A stretch of DNA of 17,297 nucleotides, from contig JBBIJB010000042.1 in the NCBI GenBank assembly GCA_037446215.1, positions 2,949 to 20,245 on the forward strand. The letters run 5' to 3'. Below are positions 6,423 through 14,020 of this stretch, one piece after another. Position 1 is the first letter of the stretch. Each line of letters starts with the position of its first letter. This DNA is from Armatimonadota bacterium. GTDB lineage: Bacteria > Sysuimicrobiota > Sysuimicrobiia > Sysuimicrobiales > Humicultoraceae. Position numbers and translations under genes: made by a program. The notes under the pieces were generated by a model. The model saw nothing but the letters and a program-made list of their open reading frames with translations, was not told where the DNA came from and made no database searches.

Positions 6423-7187
6423 CTACCTGCGCTTCGCCGGCTTAGCCTTCTCGGAGGCCTTGACCTTGGCCGCGGGCTTCTTGGCCTTCGCATCCTTGGT
6501 AGGCTTCGCGGCCTTGACCGGCTTGGCGCCCTCAGCGGGGGGCACGACCCTAACAGACTTGCCGCCCAGCTTGAGCGGAGGCTTGGCCCTCACCCTGAGC
6601 GCTGGTTTCTCGGGGGTCGGGGTGGGCGGGGTCGGCGCCGGGGGCGGAGCGGCTTCAGGTGCCTGAGGCGCGGGACGGGGCGGACCAGCCGCCCTGGCCG
6701 GAGGGGCCGGCGGCCTAACCGGCAGGGGAGGGCGCTGGCGCGGAACCGTCAGGGATCTCGGAGGGGCCAGGTCTGCCGCTCCCTCGCCTCCGGCTGCCGC
6801 ACTTCCCTTTCTGGCCTCCCACCAGCCCACGTAGGAGGCTCCAAGCCGCTCGAAGTAGTCAAAGGCATCCGCCCAGTCCAGGTCGCGCCGCATCCCCTGG
6901 ATGACGGCCTCGACCTTGGCCCACGGGATCGGGAACATCTCGAAGATCGCCTCGCGGTCGATCGACTCGTTCTCTACGAGGAACCCGAGGTTGTCGCAGA
7001 AGATCGCGACCCTGAGCAGGCTGTTGAACCTGATGCTTCCGGGGGGACATTCAATGATGAACTGGTCGTAGTCGCGGAAGTCGAACTGGAAGACCACATA
7101 CTGCATTGCCTCGAGGTTGTGGGGGGCATCGGCGAGGGCCATCAGGCGCATCATTACCTCGCTCTGGGCCGGCGGCAGCTTCTTCAC
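6423..7187 (-). CDS. Hypothetical protein: DUF4760-like helical N-terminal domain, Pro-rich linker, Lys/Ala-rich tail
   Basis: GAGGTG SD 7 nt before the GTG. The pattern 'FCDNLGFLVENESIDREAIFE...W.KV...I...R...FDYFERL' resembles DUF4760-type proteins (recognised from memory). The C-terminal half is low complexity. Confidence 0.7.
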   Translation of the reverse strand: MKKLPPAQSEVMMRLMALADAPHNLEAMQYVVFQFDFRDYDQFIIECPPGSIRFNSLLRVAIFCDNLGFLVENESIDREAIFEMFPIPWAKVEAVIQGMRRDLDWADAFDYFERLGASYVGWWEARKGSAAAGGEGAADLAPPRSLTVPRQRPPLPVRPPAPPARAAGPPRPAPQAPEAAPPPAPTPPTPTPEKPALRVRAKPPLKLGGKSVRVVPPAEGAKPVKAAKPTKDAKAKKPAAKVKASEKAKPAKRR

Positions 7188-7426
7188 CTGAGATCACCTC
7201 GTCCTAGAGAGTTCGCCCCCGTACGGCCCTTTCCCTTCGGTTCCTGTGGGGAATGTTCACGACAGGCAGGAACCAGCCGCCTGCTGGGCCCCTCGGGCGG
7301 CCCTTGGCAAGCGGTTGTTGCGGGTTTGACAAGCAACACTTGACTTTCCCCTGATCCTCCGAGCAGGATCATCAGCTTTTCCACAGGATGTCCACCAGAG
7401 GCCGGGGCGGCGCTCCGCGGCCATCA

Positions 7427-7435
7427 TGCTATACT
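7427..7435 (+). promoter_or_regulatory. Extended -10 promoter of tRNA-Val
   Basis: TG-C-TATACT ends 8 nt upstream of the tRNA 5' end. Confidence 0.7.
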
Positions 7436-7443
7436 GTGCGGGC

Positions 7444-7518
7444 GGGCGAGTAGCTCAGCGGTAGAGCGCCTCTCTTACACAGAGGAGGTCGGGGGTTCAA
7501 GACCCTCCTCGCCCACCA
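7444..7518 (+). tRNA. tRNA-Val (anticodon TAC)
   Basis: Acceptor GGGCGAG/CTCGCCC followed by A and CCA; D arm GCTC/GAGC; anticodon arm CCTCT-CT TAC AC-AGAGG; T loop TTCAAGA; 75 nt. Confidence 0.98.
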
Positions 7519-7520
7519 GC

Positions 7521-7543
7521 AGGCTTCTGTCGCAATGAAGCCT
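7521..7543 (+). terminator. Possible terminator or processing hairpin after tRNA-Val
   Basis: AGGCTTC-N9-GAAGCCT inverted repeat immediately after the CCA; it lacks a good U tract. Confidence 0.35.
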
Positions 7544-7677
7544 CTGTCCGCTACAGGCCACTGCTACGCCGCCCTCGAATCCAACCAGGGGTTTGCCGCC
7601 GTGCGCCCTCCGCGGGCGGTTCCTGCAACAGGCGTCACGGCCGCAGGCCTCCTATCGCCCCAGACGCGAGGTGTCCG

Positions 7678-9111
7678 ATGAAGCGCAGGTGGATCGTTGT
7701 CGCCGTCATCCTGGCCGCGGCAGGTGTCGCAGTTTACGCCTCGCTGCTGAGGTCGAACAGGCTCGCCGGGGTGGAAACCGCGGGAGTTCGGCGCGACCGG
7801 ATCAGCGCCTCGTTCACGGCCGACGGCGTCATAAAGGGCAAGAGCGTGGACATTGCCGCGAAGATCGCGGCGCGGGTCAGGTCGATCCCTGTGAGCGAGG
7901 GGCAGAAGGTCTCCGCCGGGGAGGTCCTGGTCGCGCTCGACGATCGCGATCTCCGGGCCGGACACAGGGAGGCGGAAGCCGCCCTCCTGGCCGGCCGGGC
8001 CGGGCTGCGGCAGGCAGAGGCGGCCCTTGAGCTGACAAGGCAGCAGGTGGGTGCCCGCGAGGAGCAGGCCGAGGCCCAACTGAGGGTGGCACAGGCACAG
8101 CTGGAGCAGGTGCTGGCCGGCGCCAGGCCCCAGGAGGTGGCGGTGGCTCAGCAGCAGGTGGAGCAGGCCCGAGCGGCGCTCGCCGTCGCCGAAGGCACGG
8201 CAAGAAGGGCCCGTGACCTCCATGCTCGAGGTGCGATCTCCCGCGCGGACCTGGATCAGGCGGAGGCAAACCACGACGTGGCCCGTGCCCAGCACAGGGC
8301 GGCGGTCGAGGCACTGGAGCTCACCAGGGCGGGTGCGCGGCCCGAAGAGCAGGCAGCGGCGAGGTCCGTGGTGGAGGCTGCGAGGGCAGGAGTCGATGCG
8401 GCCAGGAGTGGACGCGGCGAGATCCGCCTGAGGGAGGCCGACTTGGAGATGGCCCGGGCAAGGGTGGCGCAAGCCGCCGCGGCGGTGGAGGCGGCCTTCA
8501 CCCTGCTCTCGTCGGCGACCTTGCGGGCGCCGTTCGGCGGGGTGGTCGGCCGGGTGTCCGTGGAGGTGGGACAGCTCGTCTCACCGGGGCTCCCGATCAT
8601 CACCGTGTTCGATCCCACCGACCTGTGGGTAAGCGCTGACGTGGCCGACGAGGATGCGGCCAGGGCGAAGAACGCGACCGAGGTGACGGTCACGGTGCCG
8701 GCTTACCCGGGGCGACGCTTCAGCGCAAGGATCGAGGAGCTCGCCCCACAGGCCGAGCTCAAGCAGGACGCGGCGCTCCGCGCGCGTGTGGTGAGGATGA
8801 AGGTAAGGCTGACCGGGGGCGCCGAGCTTCTCCGGCCTGGGCTGGAGGTAGACGTCGAGGGCGAGGGAACGATCGTGACCGCGGCGCTCTCGGTCCCGAG
8901 CGACGCACTGCTGTTCCGCGACAACCGCAACATGGTATTCGTCGTGGAAAACGGGGTGGCGCGTCTCAGGGAGGTCAGGATCGGATACACGACGCACGCC
9001 GTGGCCGAGATCCTGGAAGGGCTCAACGAAGGGGAGCAGGTGGTCGTCAAGGGGAAGGACGGTCTGACCGACGGGCAGCGCGTCCGCATCGTACAAAGTA
9101 GGGGCTCCTGA
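7678..9111 (+). CDS. Efflux periplasmic adaptor / membrane fusion protein (HlyD/MacA family)
   Basis: N-terminal TM anchor; lipoyl half-motifs (VSEGQKVSAGEVLVALD; LRAPFGGVV); long Ala/Gln-rich coiled coil; C-terminal EILEGLNEGEQVV; GAGGTG SD. Confidence 0.93.
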   Translation: MKRRWIVVAVILAAAGVAVYASLLRSNRLAGVETAGVRRDRISASFTADGVIKGKSVDIAAKIAARVRSIPVSEGQKVSAGEVLVALDDRDLRAGHREAEAALLAGRAGLRQAEAALELTRQQVGAREEQAEAQLRVAQAQLEQVLAGARPQEVAVAQQQVEQARAALAVAEGTARRARDLHARGAISRADLDQAEANHDVARAQHRAAVEALELTRAGARPEEQAAARSVVEAARAGVDAARSGRGEIRLREADLEMARARVAQAAAAVEAAFTLLSSATLRAPFGGVVGRVSVEVGQLVSPGLPIITVFDPTDLWVSADVADEDAARAKNATEVTVTVPAYPGRRFSARIEELAPQAELKQDAALRARVVRMKVRLTGGAELLRPGLEVDVEGEGTIVTAALSVPSDALLFRDNRNMVFVVENGVARLREVRIGYTTHAVAEILEGLNEGEQVVVKGKDGLTDGQRVRIVQSRGS

Positions 9112-9112
9112 A

Positions 9113-9829
9113 GTGGATCGCGTCGATCAGTTCCTGGTCCGGCTCGAGCGCGTCTCCAAAGTGTACAAGATGGGGGAGGTCGAGGTCCACGCGCTGCGTG
9201 AGGTCGACCTCGATGTGCGAGCGGGGGAACTCGTCGTCATCCTCGGACCGAGCGGGTCCGGCAAGACGACGATCCTGAACCTGGTGGGCGGCATCGACGT
9301 GGCCTCGTCGGGACGCGTCCTGATCGAGGGGATGGACATCTCGACCTTCGGCGACGGTGAGCTGACCGCATACCGGCGCGATCGGATAGGATTCGTCTTC
9401 CAGTTCTTCAACCTCATCCCGACGCTCACGGCCCGCGAGAATGTCGAGCTCGCCGCCGAGCTGGTCCCTAATCCGAGAAACCTGGGCGAGGTTCTGGACG
9501 CGGTGGGGCTGGGCGAACGTGCCGCCCACTTCCCGGGCGAGTTGAGCGGAGGAGAGCAGCAAAGGGTGGCGATCGCGAGGGCGCTCGTCAAGAACCCTCC
9601 GATCCTGCTCTGCGATGAGCCGACCGGTGAGCTCGACTTCGAGACAGGGCGCAGAATCCTCCAGGTGATCGGTGAGATCAACAAGACCGAGGGGCGCACG
9701 GTGCTCCTGGTGACCCACAACTCCGCCATCGCCTCGATGGCCGACAAGGTGGTGCGCCTGCGCAGCGGAGCCGTGGATCTGCTGGAGGAGAACGCTACTC
9801 CGGTTGATCCTGCTGAGCTCAAGTGGTAG
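9113..9829 (+). CDS. ABC transporter ATP-binding protein (MacB/LolD-like)
   Basis: Walker A GPSGSGKT, GFVFQFFNL, signature LSGGEQQRV, Walker B LLCDEPTG, H-loop VTHN. Confidence 0.96.
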   Translation: MDRVDQFLVRLERVSKVYKMGEVEVHALREVDLDVRAGELVVILGPSGSGKTTILNLVGGIDVASSGRVLIEGMDISTFGDGELTAYRRDRIGFVFQFFNLIPTLTARENVELAAELVPNPRNLGEVLDAVGLGERAAHFPGELSGGEQQRVAIARALVKNPPILLCDEPTGELDFETGRRILQVIGEINKTEGRTVLLVTHNSAIASMADKVVRLRSGAVDLLEENATPVDPAELKW

Positions 9830-9853
9830 GGCCGACGGGACGGGGATAGCGGC

Positions 9854-12265
9854 GTGTCGCTACTCGCACTCAAGCTCGTAAGGGACCTGTGGCGGTCGCG
9901 GTGGCAGTATCTCGCCGTGGGCATCACCGTGATGCTCGGCGTGACCTTCTACGGCGCGGCCTACATGTCGTATCGGAATCTCGACGCGTCCTACGTCGAC
10001 TCCTATGACCGCCTGCAGTTCGAGGACTTCGGGATCGCTTTCCATGCAGCCCCCGAGCGGGCAACCGACCGCATCCGCCGCATACCCGGCGTGAAGGCGG
10101 CGGAGGGGCGCCTCATAGAGGATGTGGTGATCCGGATCCCGGGCAGGACCACGAAGAAGCTGATAGGAAGGCTGATCTCGATCCCGGTCGAGCGCAGGCC
10201 TCGGGTGAACGACCTGTTCATGGTGACCGGCCGGTACCTCTCGAGCCGCACGGCGCGCGAGATCATCCTGGAGAGCAGCTTCGCCAAGCACCACAAGCTC
10301 CGCCCCGGTGATGTGATCGAGGTGGAGAGGGCCGGTGCCCGGGTCAGGTTCCGGATTGCCGGGATAGCGACGAGCCCGGAGTACCTCTACGTCGTCCGAA
10401 GCAAGCAGGACCTGATGCCGTTCCCGGAGTCGTTCGGGGTGATGTTCGTCTCCGCAGACGTGCTCGGCCCGCTCGTGGGCAAGCCGGGGCTGATAAGCCA
10501 CATCGCCGCCACCGTCGACGATCCGCTCCGTGCGCCGGCGATAATGCGCGAGGCGCGCCGCCTGCTCGATGTCTACAGCGCGGACGAGCCCGTCGCCCGC
10601 AAAGACCAGCCCAGCCACCAACTACTGCAGCAGGACCTGCAGGGCTTCCAGGCCTACTCGGTCCTGTTCCCGTTCCTGTTCCTGAGCGTGGCGGGCCTCA
10701 CTGTCTACACGCTGCTGTTGCGCATGGTCCATCTCCAGCGGCCGATAATCGGGCTCCTGATGGCTATCGGCTTCTCCCGACGAAGGGTGGTGCTGCACTA
10801 CCTGACGGCCTCGCTCCTGATCGGCTCGCTGGGAAGCCTGGCAGGCAGCGCGCTGGGGTTCTGGCTCTCCGGGTGGGCGACCCGCGGCTACGTCACATTC
10901 CTCTCTATGCCGTACGTGCTGATCGTGCCCCTCTGGGGCGCGATAGCGACGGGGTTTCTCATAGGCACGGCGACGTGCGTGGCCGCGGGCCTGCTGCCGG
11001 CACGCGCCGCGGCAAGGGTGAGCCCGGCCGAGGCGCTGCGCTCCGAGGCTCCTGCCGCGGGCCGCGTAGTTCCCATTGATAGGATGATACCCGGGCTTGG
11101 ACGGGCGGCGATGACCTGGCGCATACCGCTGCGCAACGTGTTCCGCCAGGCCCGGCGTACTATCTCGACGATCTTCGGAATCGCGGCGGCCATCTCGCTC
11201 ATCATGGTCTCGCAGGGGCTCCTGGACTCCTCTGAAGCGGCAATGGACCTCTTCATCCACGACACCCTGTTTGACGACATCCGCGTGGAGTTCGCCCAGT
11301 ACCAGGATAGGGCCGTGGTCAACAGGGTGAGGAGTTGGCCGGGGGTCGTGTGGGCCGAAGGGGCCCTGGAGATGCCGGTGGAGTTCAAGAAGGGCCACCG
11401 GACCTACTCGGCCCTCCTGGTAGGCCTCGAGAGCGGGGGACGTCTCCACCGCCTCCAGACGGAGGCAGGCCAGCCGATGCGGCCGGTGGCCGAAGGCCTC
11501 CTGATCGGCCAGGTGCTGCAGGCGAAGCTCGGGGTCGAGCAGGGCGACACGATTCGGGTGTCGCTGCCGCGCTTCCGCGCCGAGCAGGAGCCGGTCCAGA
11601 GAACGGCGCGGGTCGCTGGGTTCGTGTGGGAGTCGATAGGGACGGTAGCCTATCTGCCACTAGACCAGATGAGGCAGCTCTTCAGAGAGGACCTCCCCCT
11701 CCCACCCGGCGCCGTCTCCGGAGGCCGAGTGAAGGTGGACCCGGACTACCTCCCCGTGATCAAGGAGCGGCTACTGAACCTCCCCTGGGCCGGGGGGGTC
11801 AACGTCCTGAGCGAGCTGAGGGCGATGCTCGACGACCTCATGGCGCTTGCCCGGAACATCTTCGCGATAATGCTTCTCTTCGGGATGGCACTCGCGTTCT
11901 CGATAGTCTTCAACATGATAACGATCAACGTCCTCGAGCGCAGCAGCGAGGTCGCCACGATGCGCACGCTCGGACTGGGCCGCTGGAAGATCATGGGGAT
12001 GATCACGTTGGAGAACATGGTCACGGCGGCCGTGGGCATAGCGATGGGGCTCCCTGCGGGCAGGTGGCTGGTCAGCGCGTTCATCAGGGCGGCGGCTTCG
12101 GAGGAACAGATGGAACTGTTCGCCTTCAAGACCGTGGTGTTCACGCGCACCTACGTGATGGCCGCGGTCGCTATCATAATCGTGGTGCTGATCAGCCAGA
12201 TCCCGGCGATCTCCTATATCAACAGGCTGGATCTGGCCAGGGCGACGAAGGAGAAGGCGACCTAG
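9854..12265 (+). CDS. ABC transporter permease, FtsX/MacB-like with two tandem repeats
   Basis: Two repeats of TM, large extracytoplasmic domain and 3 TM; motifs IGLLMAIGFSRR and ERSSEVATMRTLG; third gene of the adaptor-ATPase-permease operon. Confidence 0.93.
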   Translation: MSLLALKLVRDLWRSRWQYLAVGITVMLGVTFYGAAYMSYRNLDASYVDSYDRLQFEDFGIAFHAAPERATDRIRRIPGVKAAEGRLIEDVVIRIPGRTTKKLIGRLISIPVERRPRVNDLFMVTGRYLSSRTAREIILESSFAKHHKLRPGDVIEVERAGARVRFRIAGIATSPEYLYVVRSKQDLMPFPESFGVMFVSADVLGPLVGKPGLISHIAATVDDPLRAPAIMREARRLLDVYSADEPVARKDQPSHQLLQQDLQGFQAYSVLFPFLFLSVAGLTVYTLLLRMVHLQRPIIGLLMAIGFSRRRVVLHYLTASLLIGSLGSLAGSALGFWLSGWATRGYVTFLSMPYVLIVPLWGAIATGFLIGTATCVAAGLLPARAAARVSPAEALRSEAPAAGRVVPIDRMIPGLGRAAMTWRIPLRNVFRQARRTISTIFGIAAAISLIMVSQGLLDSSEAAMDLFIHDTLFDDIRVEFAQYQDRAVVNRVRSWPGVVWAEGALEMPVEFKKGHRTYSALLVGLESGGRLHRLQTEAGQPMRPVAEGLLIGQVLQAKLGVEQGDTIRVSLPRFRAEQEPVQRTARVAGFVWESIGTVAYLPLDQMRQLFREDLPLPPGAVSGGRVKVDPDYLPVIKERLLNLPWAGGVNVLSELRAMLDDLMALARNIFAIMLLFGMALAFSIVFNMITINVLERSSEVATMRTLGLGRWKIMGMITLENMVTAAVGIAMGLPAGRWLVSAFIRAAASEEQMELFAFKTVVFTRTYVMAAVAIIIVVLISQIPAISYINRLDLARATKEKAT

Positions 12266-13527
12266 GGCGCGCCGGCGTCTTCCTCCCTGGTGACGTGGCC
12301 GCCCAGGGCGGTGAGTTTCTGCTCGAGGTCTTCGTAGCCCCGATCGATGTTGGCCACGCGAGAGATCGTCGTCTCACCCGCGGCCGCGAGCGCCGCGACT
12401 ACCACGGCTGCGCCGCCACGGATATCGGGTGCCTCCACCGGCGCGCCGGTGAGTCGGTCTACTCCCGTCACCTGTACGGTCTCGCCATCCACCTTGATGT
12501 TCGCGCCCATCCGTCGGAGCTCGTCGGTGTAGGCGAAGCGCGACTCGAATACCGTCTCGCGCACCCGGGAGGTTCCCTTTGCAAGGCTCAGCATGGCGAC
12601 CATCTGAGGGTGCAGGTCGGTCGCGAAGCCGGGGTAGGGCGCTGTGTCGACCTCAATCGCCCGAAGCTCCCCGCCGCATCGGGCCCGGACCCCGTCGGGC
12701 AGCCGGACGATCTCGACACCCGCCTCCTCCATCTTCGTGAGCAGAGCGGTCGCGTGCTCGGGGATCATCCCCTCTATGAGAACATCCCCGCCGGTGGCGG
12801 CGCCCGCAAGGAGGTAGGTCCCGGCTTCGAGGCGATCGGGGATGATCGTGTAGTTGTTGCCGTGCAGCGCCTTGACGCCTTCGATGGTGACCGTGTCGGT
12901 ACCGGCGCCCTTGATCTTCGCCCCCATCAGGTTCAGGAAGACCGCGGTATCGACGATCTCCGGCTCGCGGGCGGCGTTCTGAAGCACGGTCGTGCCGCGG
13001 GCGGTGCTGGCTGCCATCATCAGGTTTATGGTGGTCCCAACGCTGCTGCGGGGAACGTAGAAGGCGGCCCCGCGCAGGCGGCGTGAGGTGGCCTTCATGT
13101 ACCCGTGCTCCGTCACGACACGTGCGCCGAGAGCGGCGAATCCCTTCAGGTGGAAGTCCACAGGCCTTGCGCCGATCGAGCAGCCACCGGGCAGCGGGAC
13201 CTGGGCACTGCCCCCGCGTCCGAGCAGCAGCCCGGCGACGTAGAACGATGCCCGCATGCTCCGACACAGATCGTAGGGTGCCAGGCGCCCGTCCAGCCCG
13301 CGGGAGTCGATCGTCATGCGGGATCCGACAACGGAGACTCGCGCGCCCAGCGCCTCCAGGATCTCCTTGAGCGTCGAAACATCCTGGCATCCGGGGACGT
13401 TATCGAGGACTGAGACGTCGGGGGCCATCGCCGCGGCGGCGATGATGGCTAGCGAGCTGTTCTTTCCCCCTGCGATCCTGACGGTGCCGCGCAGGCGACG
13501 GCCTCCGGAGATGACCAACCTTGCCAC
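12262..13527 (-). CDS. murA: UDP-N-acetylglucosamine 1-carboxyvinyltransferase
   Basis: GGKNS, MRAS, active-site loop LPGGCSIGARPVDFH (Cys present), SVGTT, NAAREPEI, PDRLEAGT, PYPGFATD, DIRGG, IDRGYE. Confidence 0.97.
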   Translation of the reverse strand: MARLVISGGRRLRGTVRIAGGKNSSLAIIAAAAMAPDVSVLDNVPGCQDVSTLKEILEALGARVSVVGSRMTIDSRGLDGRLAPYDLCRSMRASFYVAGLLLGRGGSAQVPLPGGCSIGARPVDFHLKGFAALGARVVTEHGYMKATSRRLRGAAFYVPRSSVGTTINLMMAASTARGTTVLQNAAREPEIVDTAVFLNLMGAKIKGAGTDTVTIEGVKALHGNNYTIIPDRLEAGTYLLAGAATGGDVLIEGMIPEHATALLTKMEEAGVEIVRLPDGVRARCGGELRAIEVDTAPYPGFATDLHPQMVAMLSLAKGTSRVRETVFESRFAYTDELRRMGANIKVDGETVQVTGVDRLTGAPVEAPDIRGGAAVVVAALAAAGETTISRVANIDRGYEDLEQKLTALGGHVTREEDAGAP

Positions 13528-13566
13528 GACCGCACCCCTGAGAGAATAGAGCCTGCGCCGCCGGGA

Positions 13567-13833
13567 CTACGAGGCGCGAAGGCGGGAGTCCACGTAGGCC
13601 CGCACGAGTTCTTCAAGCAGGAGCAGCCGGTCGACCTGCCGGATCACCTTGCGAGCGTCGCCGTGGCTGGTTATGTACGTAGGATCCCCGGAGAGCAGAT
13701 ACCCCACGATCTGATCAACGGGGTCGTACCCCCGCTGCTCCAGGGCCCGGAAGACATATCCGAGGACGTCCCGAACCCCTTGGCCGGTTAACTCACCGAC
13801 CTGAAAGACTCCGGTGCGCTCCCGTTCCTCCAC
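13567..13833 (-). CDS. ireB: IreB/ReoM family regulatory phosphoprotein (DUF965/UPF0297)
   Basis: Family signature ALEQRGYDPVDQIVGYLLSGDPTYITSHGDAR...EELVRAY. The start is reassigned to GTG 13833 after AGGAGTGA, giving 88 aa with Thr at position 7 (MEERERT). Confidence 0.93.
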   Translation of the reverse strand: MEERERTGVFQVGELTGQGVRDVLGYVFRALEQRGYDPVDQIVGYLLSGDPTYITSHGDARKVIRQVDRLLLLEELVRAYVDSRLRAS

Positions 13834-13926
13834 TGCAATCACTCCTGAGGGCCCGATCGCTCCCGCCCACCCCAGCGCGCGAAGCAAGCGTTCGGCCGCG
13901 CCAAGTGGGCGGAGTCGAGCGCGCAG

Positions 13927-14002
13927 TGGTGGGCCCGCCTGGCTTCGATCCAGGAACCGACGCCTTATGAGGGCGTTGCTCTACCACTTGAGCTACGGGC
14001 CC
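13927..14002 (-). tRNA. tRNA with CAT anticodon, probably tRNA-Ile2 (lysidine); elongator Met is less likely
   Basis: GGGCCCG TA GCTC AAGTGGTA GAGC A ACGCC CT CAT AA GGCGT CGGTT CCTGG ATCGAAG CCAGG CGGGCCC ACCA (76 nt). The paired G1-C72 and the absence of GGG/CCC in the anticodon stem argue against fMet. C4-G69/C5-G68 and G3-C70 fit Ile2. Confidence 0.9.
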
Positions 14003-14011
14003 GCGCGAACG

Positions 14012-14020
14012 ATTATAGCA
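14012..14020 (-). promoter_or_regulatory. Extended -10 promoter for tRNA(CAT), possibly also ireB-murA
   Basis: Perfect TG-C-TATAAT ending 9 nt upstream of the tRNA 5' end; it overlaps the last codons of truA. Confidence 0.75.

Noticed and set aside
7960..8500. Repetitive-looking gaggcc/gagcag DNA in the adaptor gene
   Set aside because: It is explained by the Ala/Glu/Gln coiled-coil protein sequence and is not a CRISPR array or tandem repeat.
7444..12265. Genomic island integrated at tRNA-Val
   Set aside because: No integrase or duplicated tRNA 3' end was found, and composition resembles the flanking core genes.
11335..13086. 583-aa plus-strand ORF
   Set aside because: It is an alternative frame of the permease and then antisense to murA. 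Its G/R/P-rich composition indicates a non-coding frame.
13834..13887. TTG-started 106-aa version of IreB
   Set aside because: The strong SD, the family length and the Thr7 register all favour GTG at 13833.
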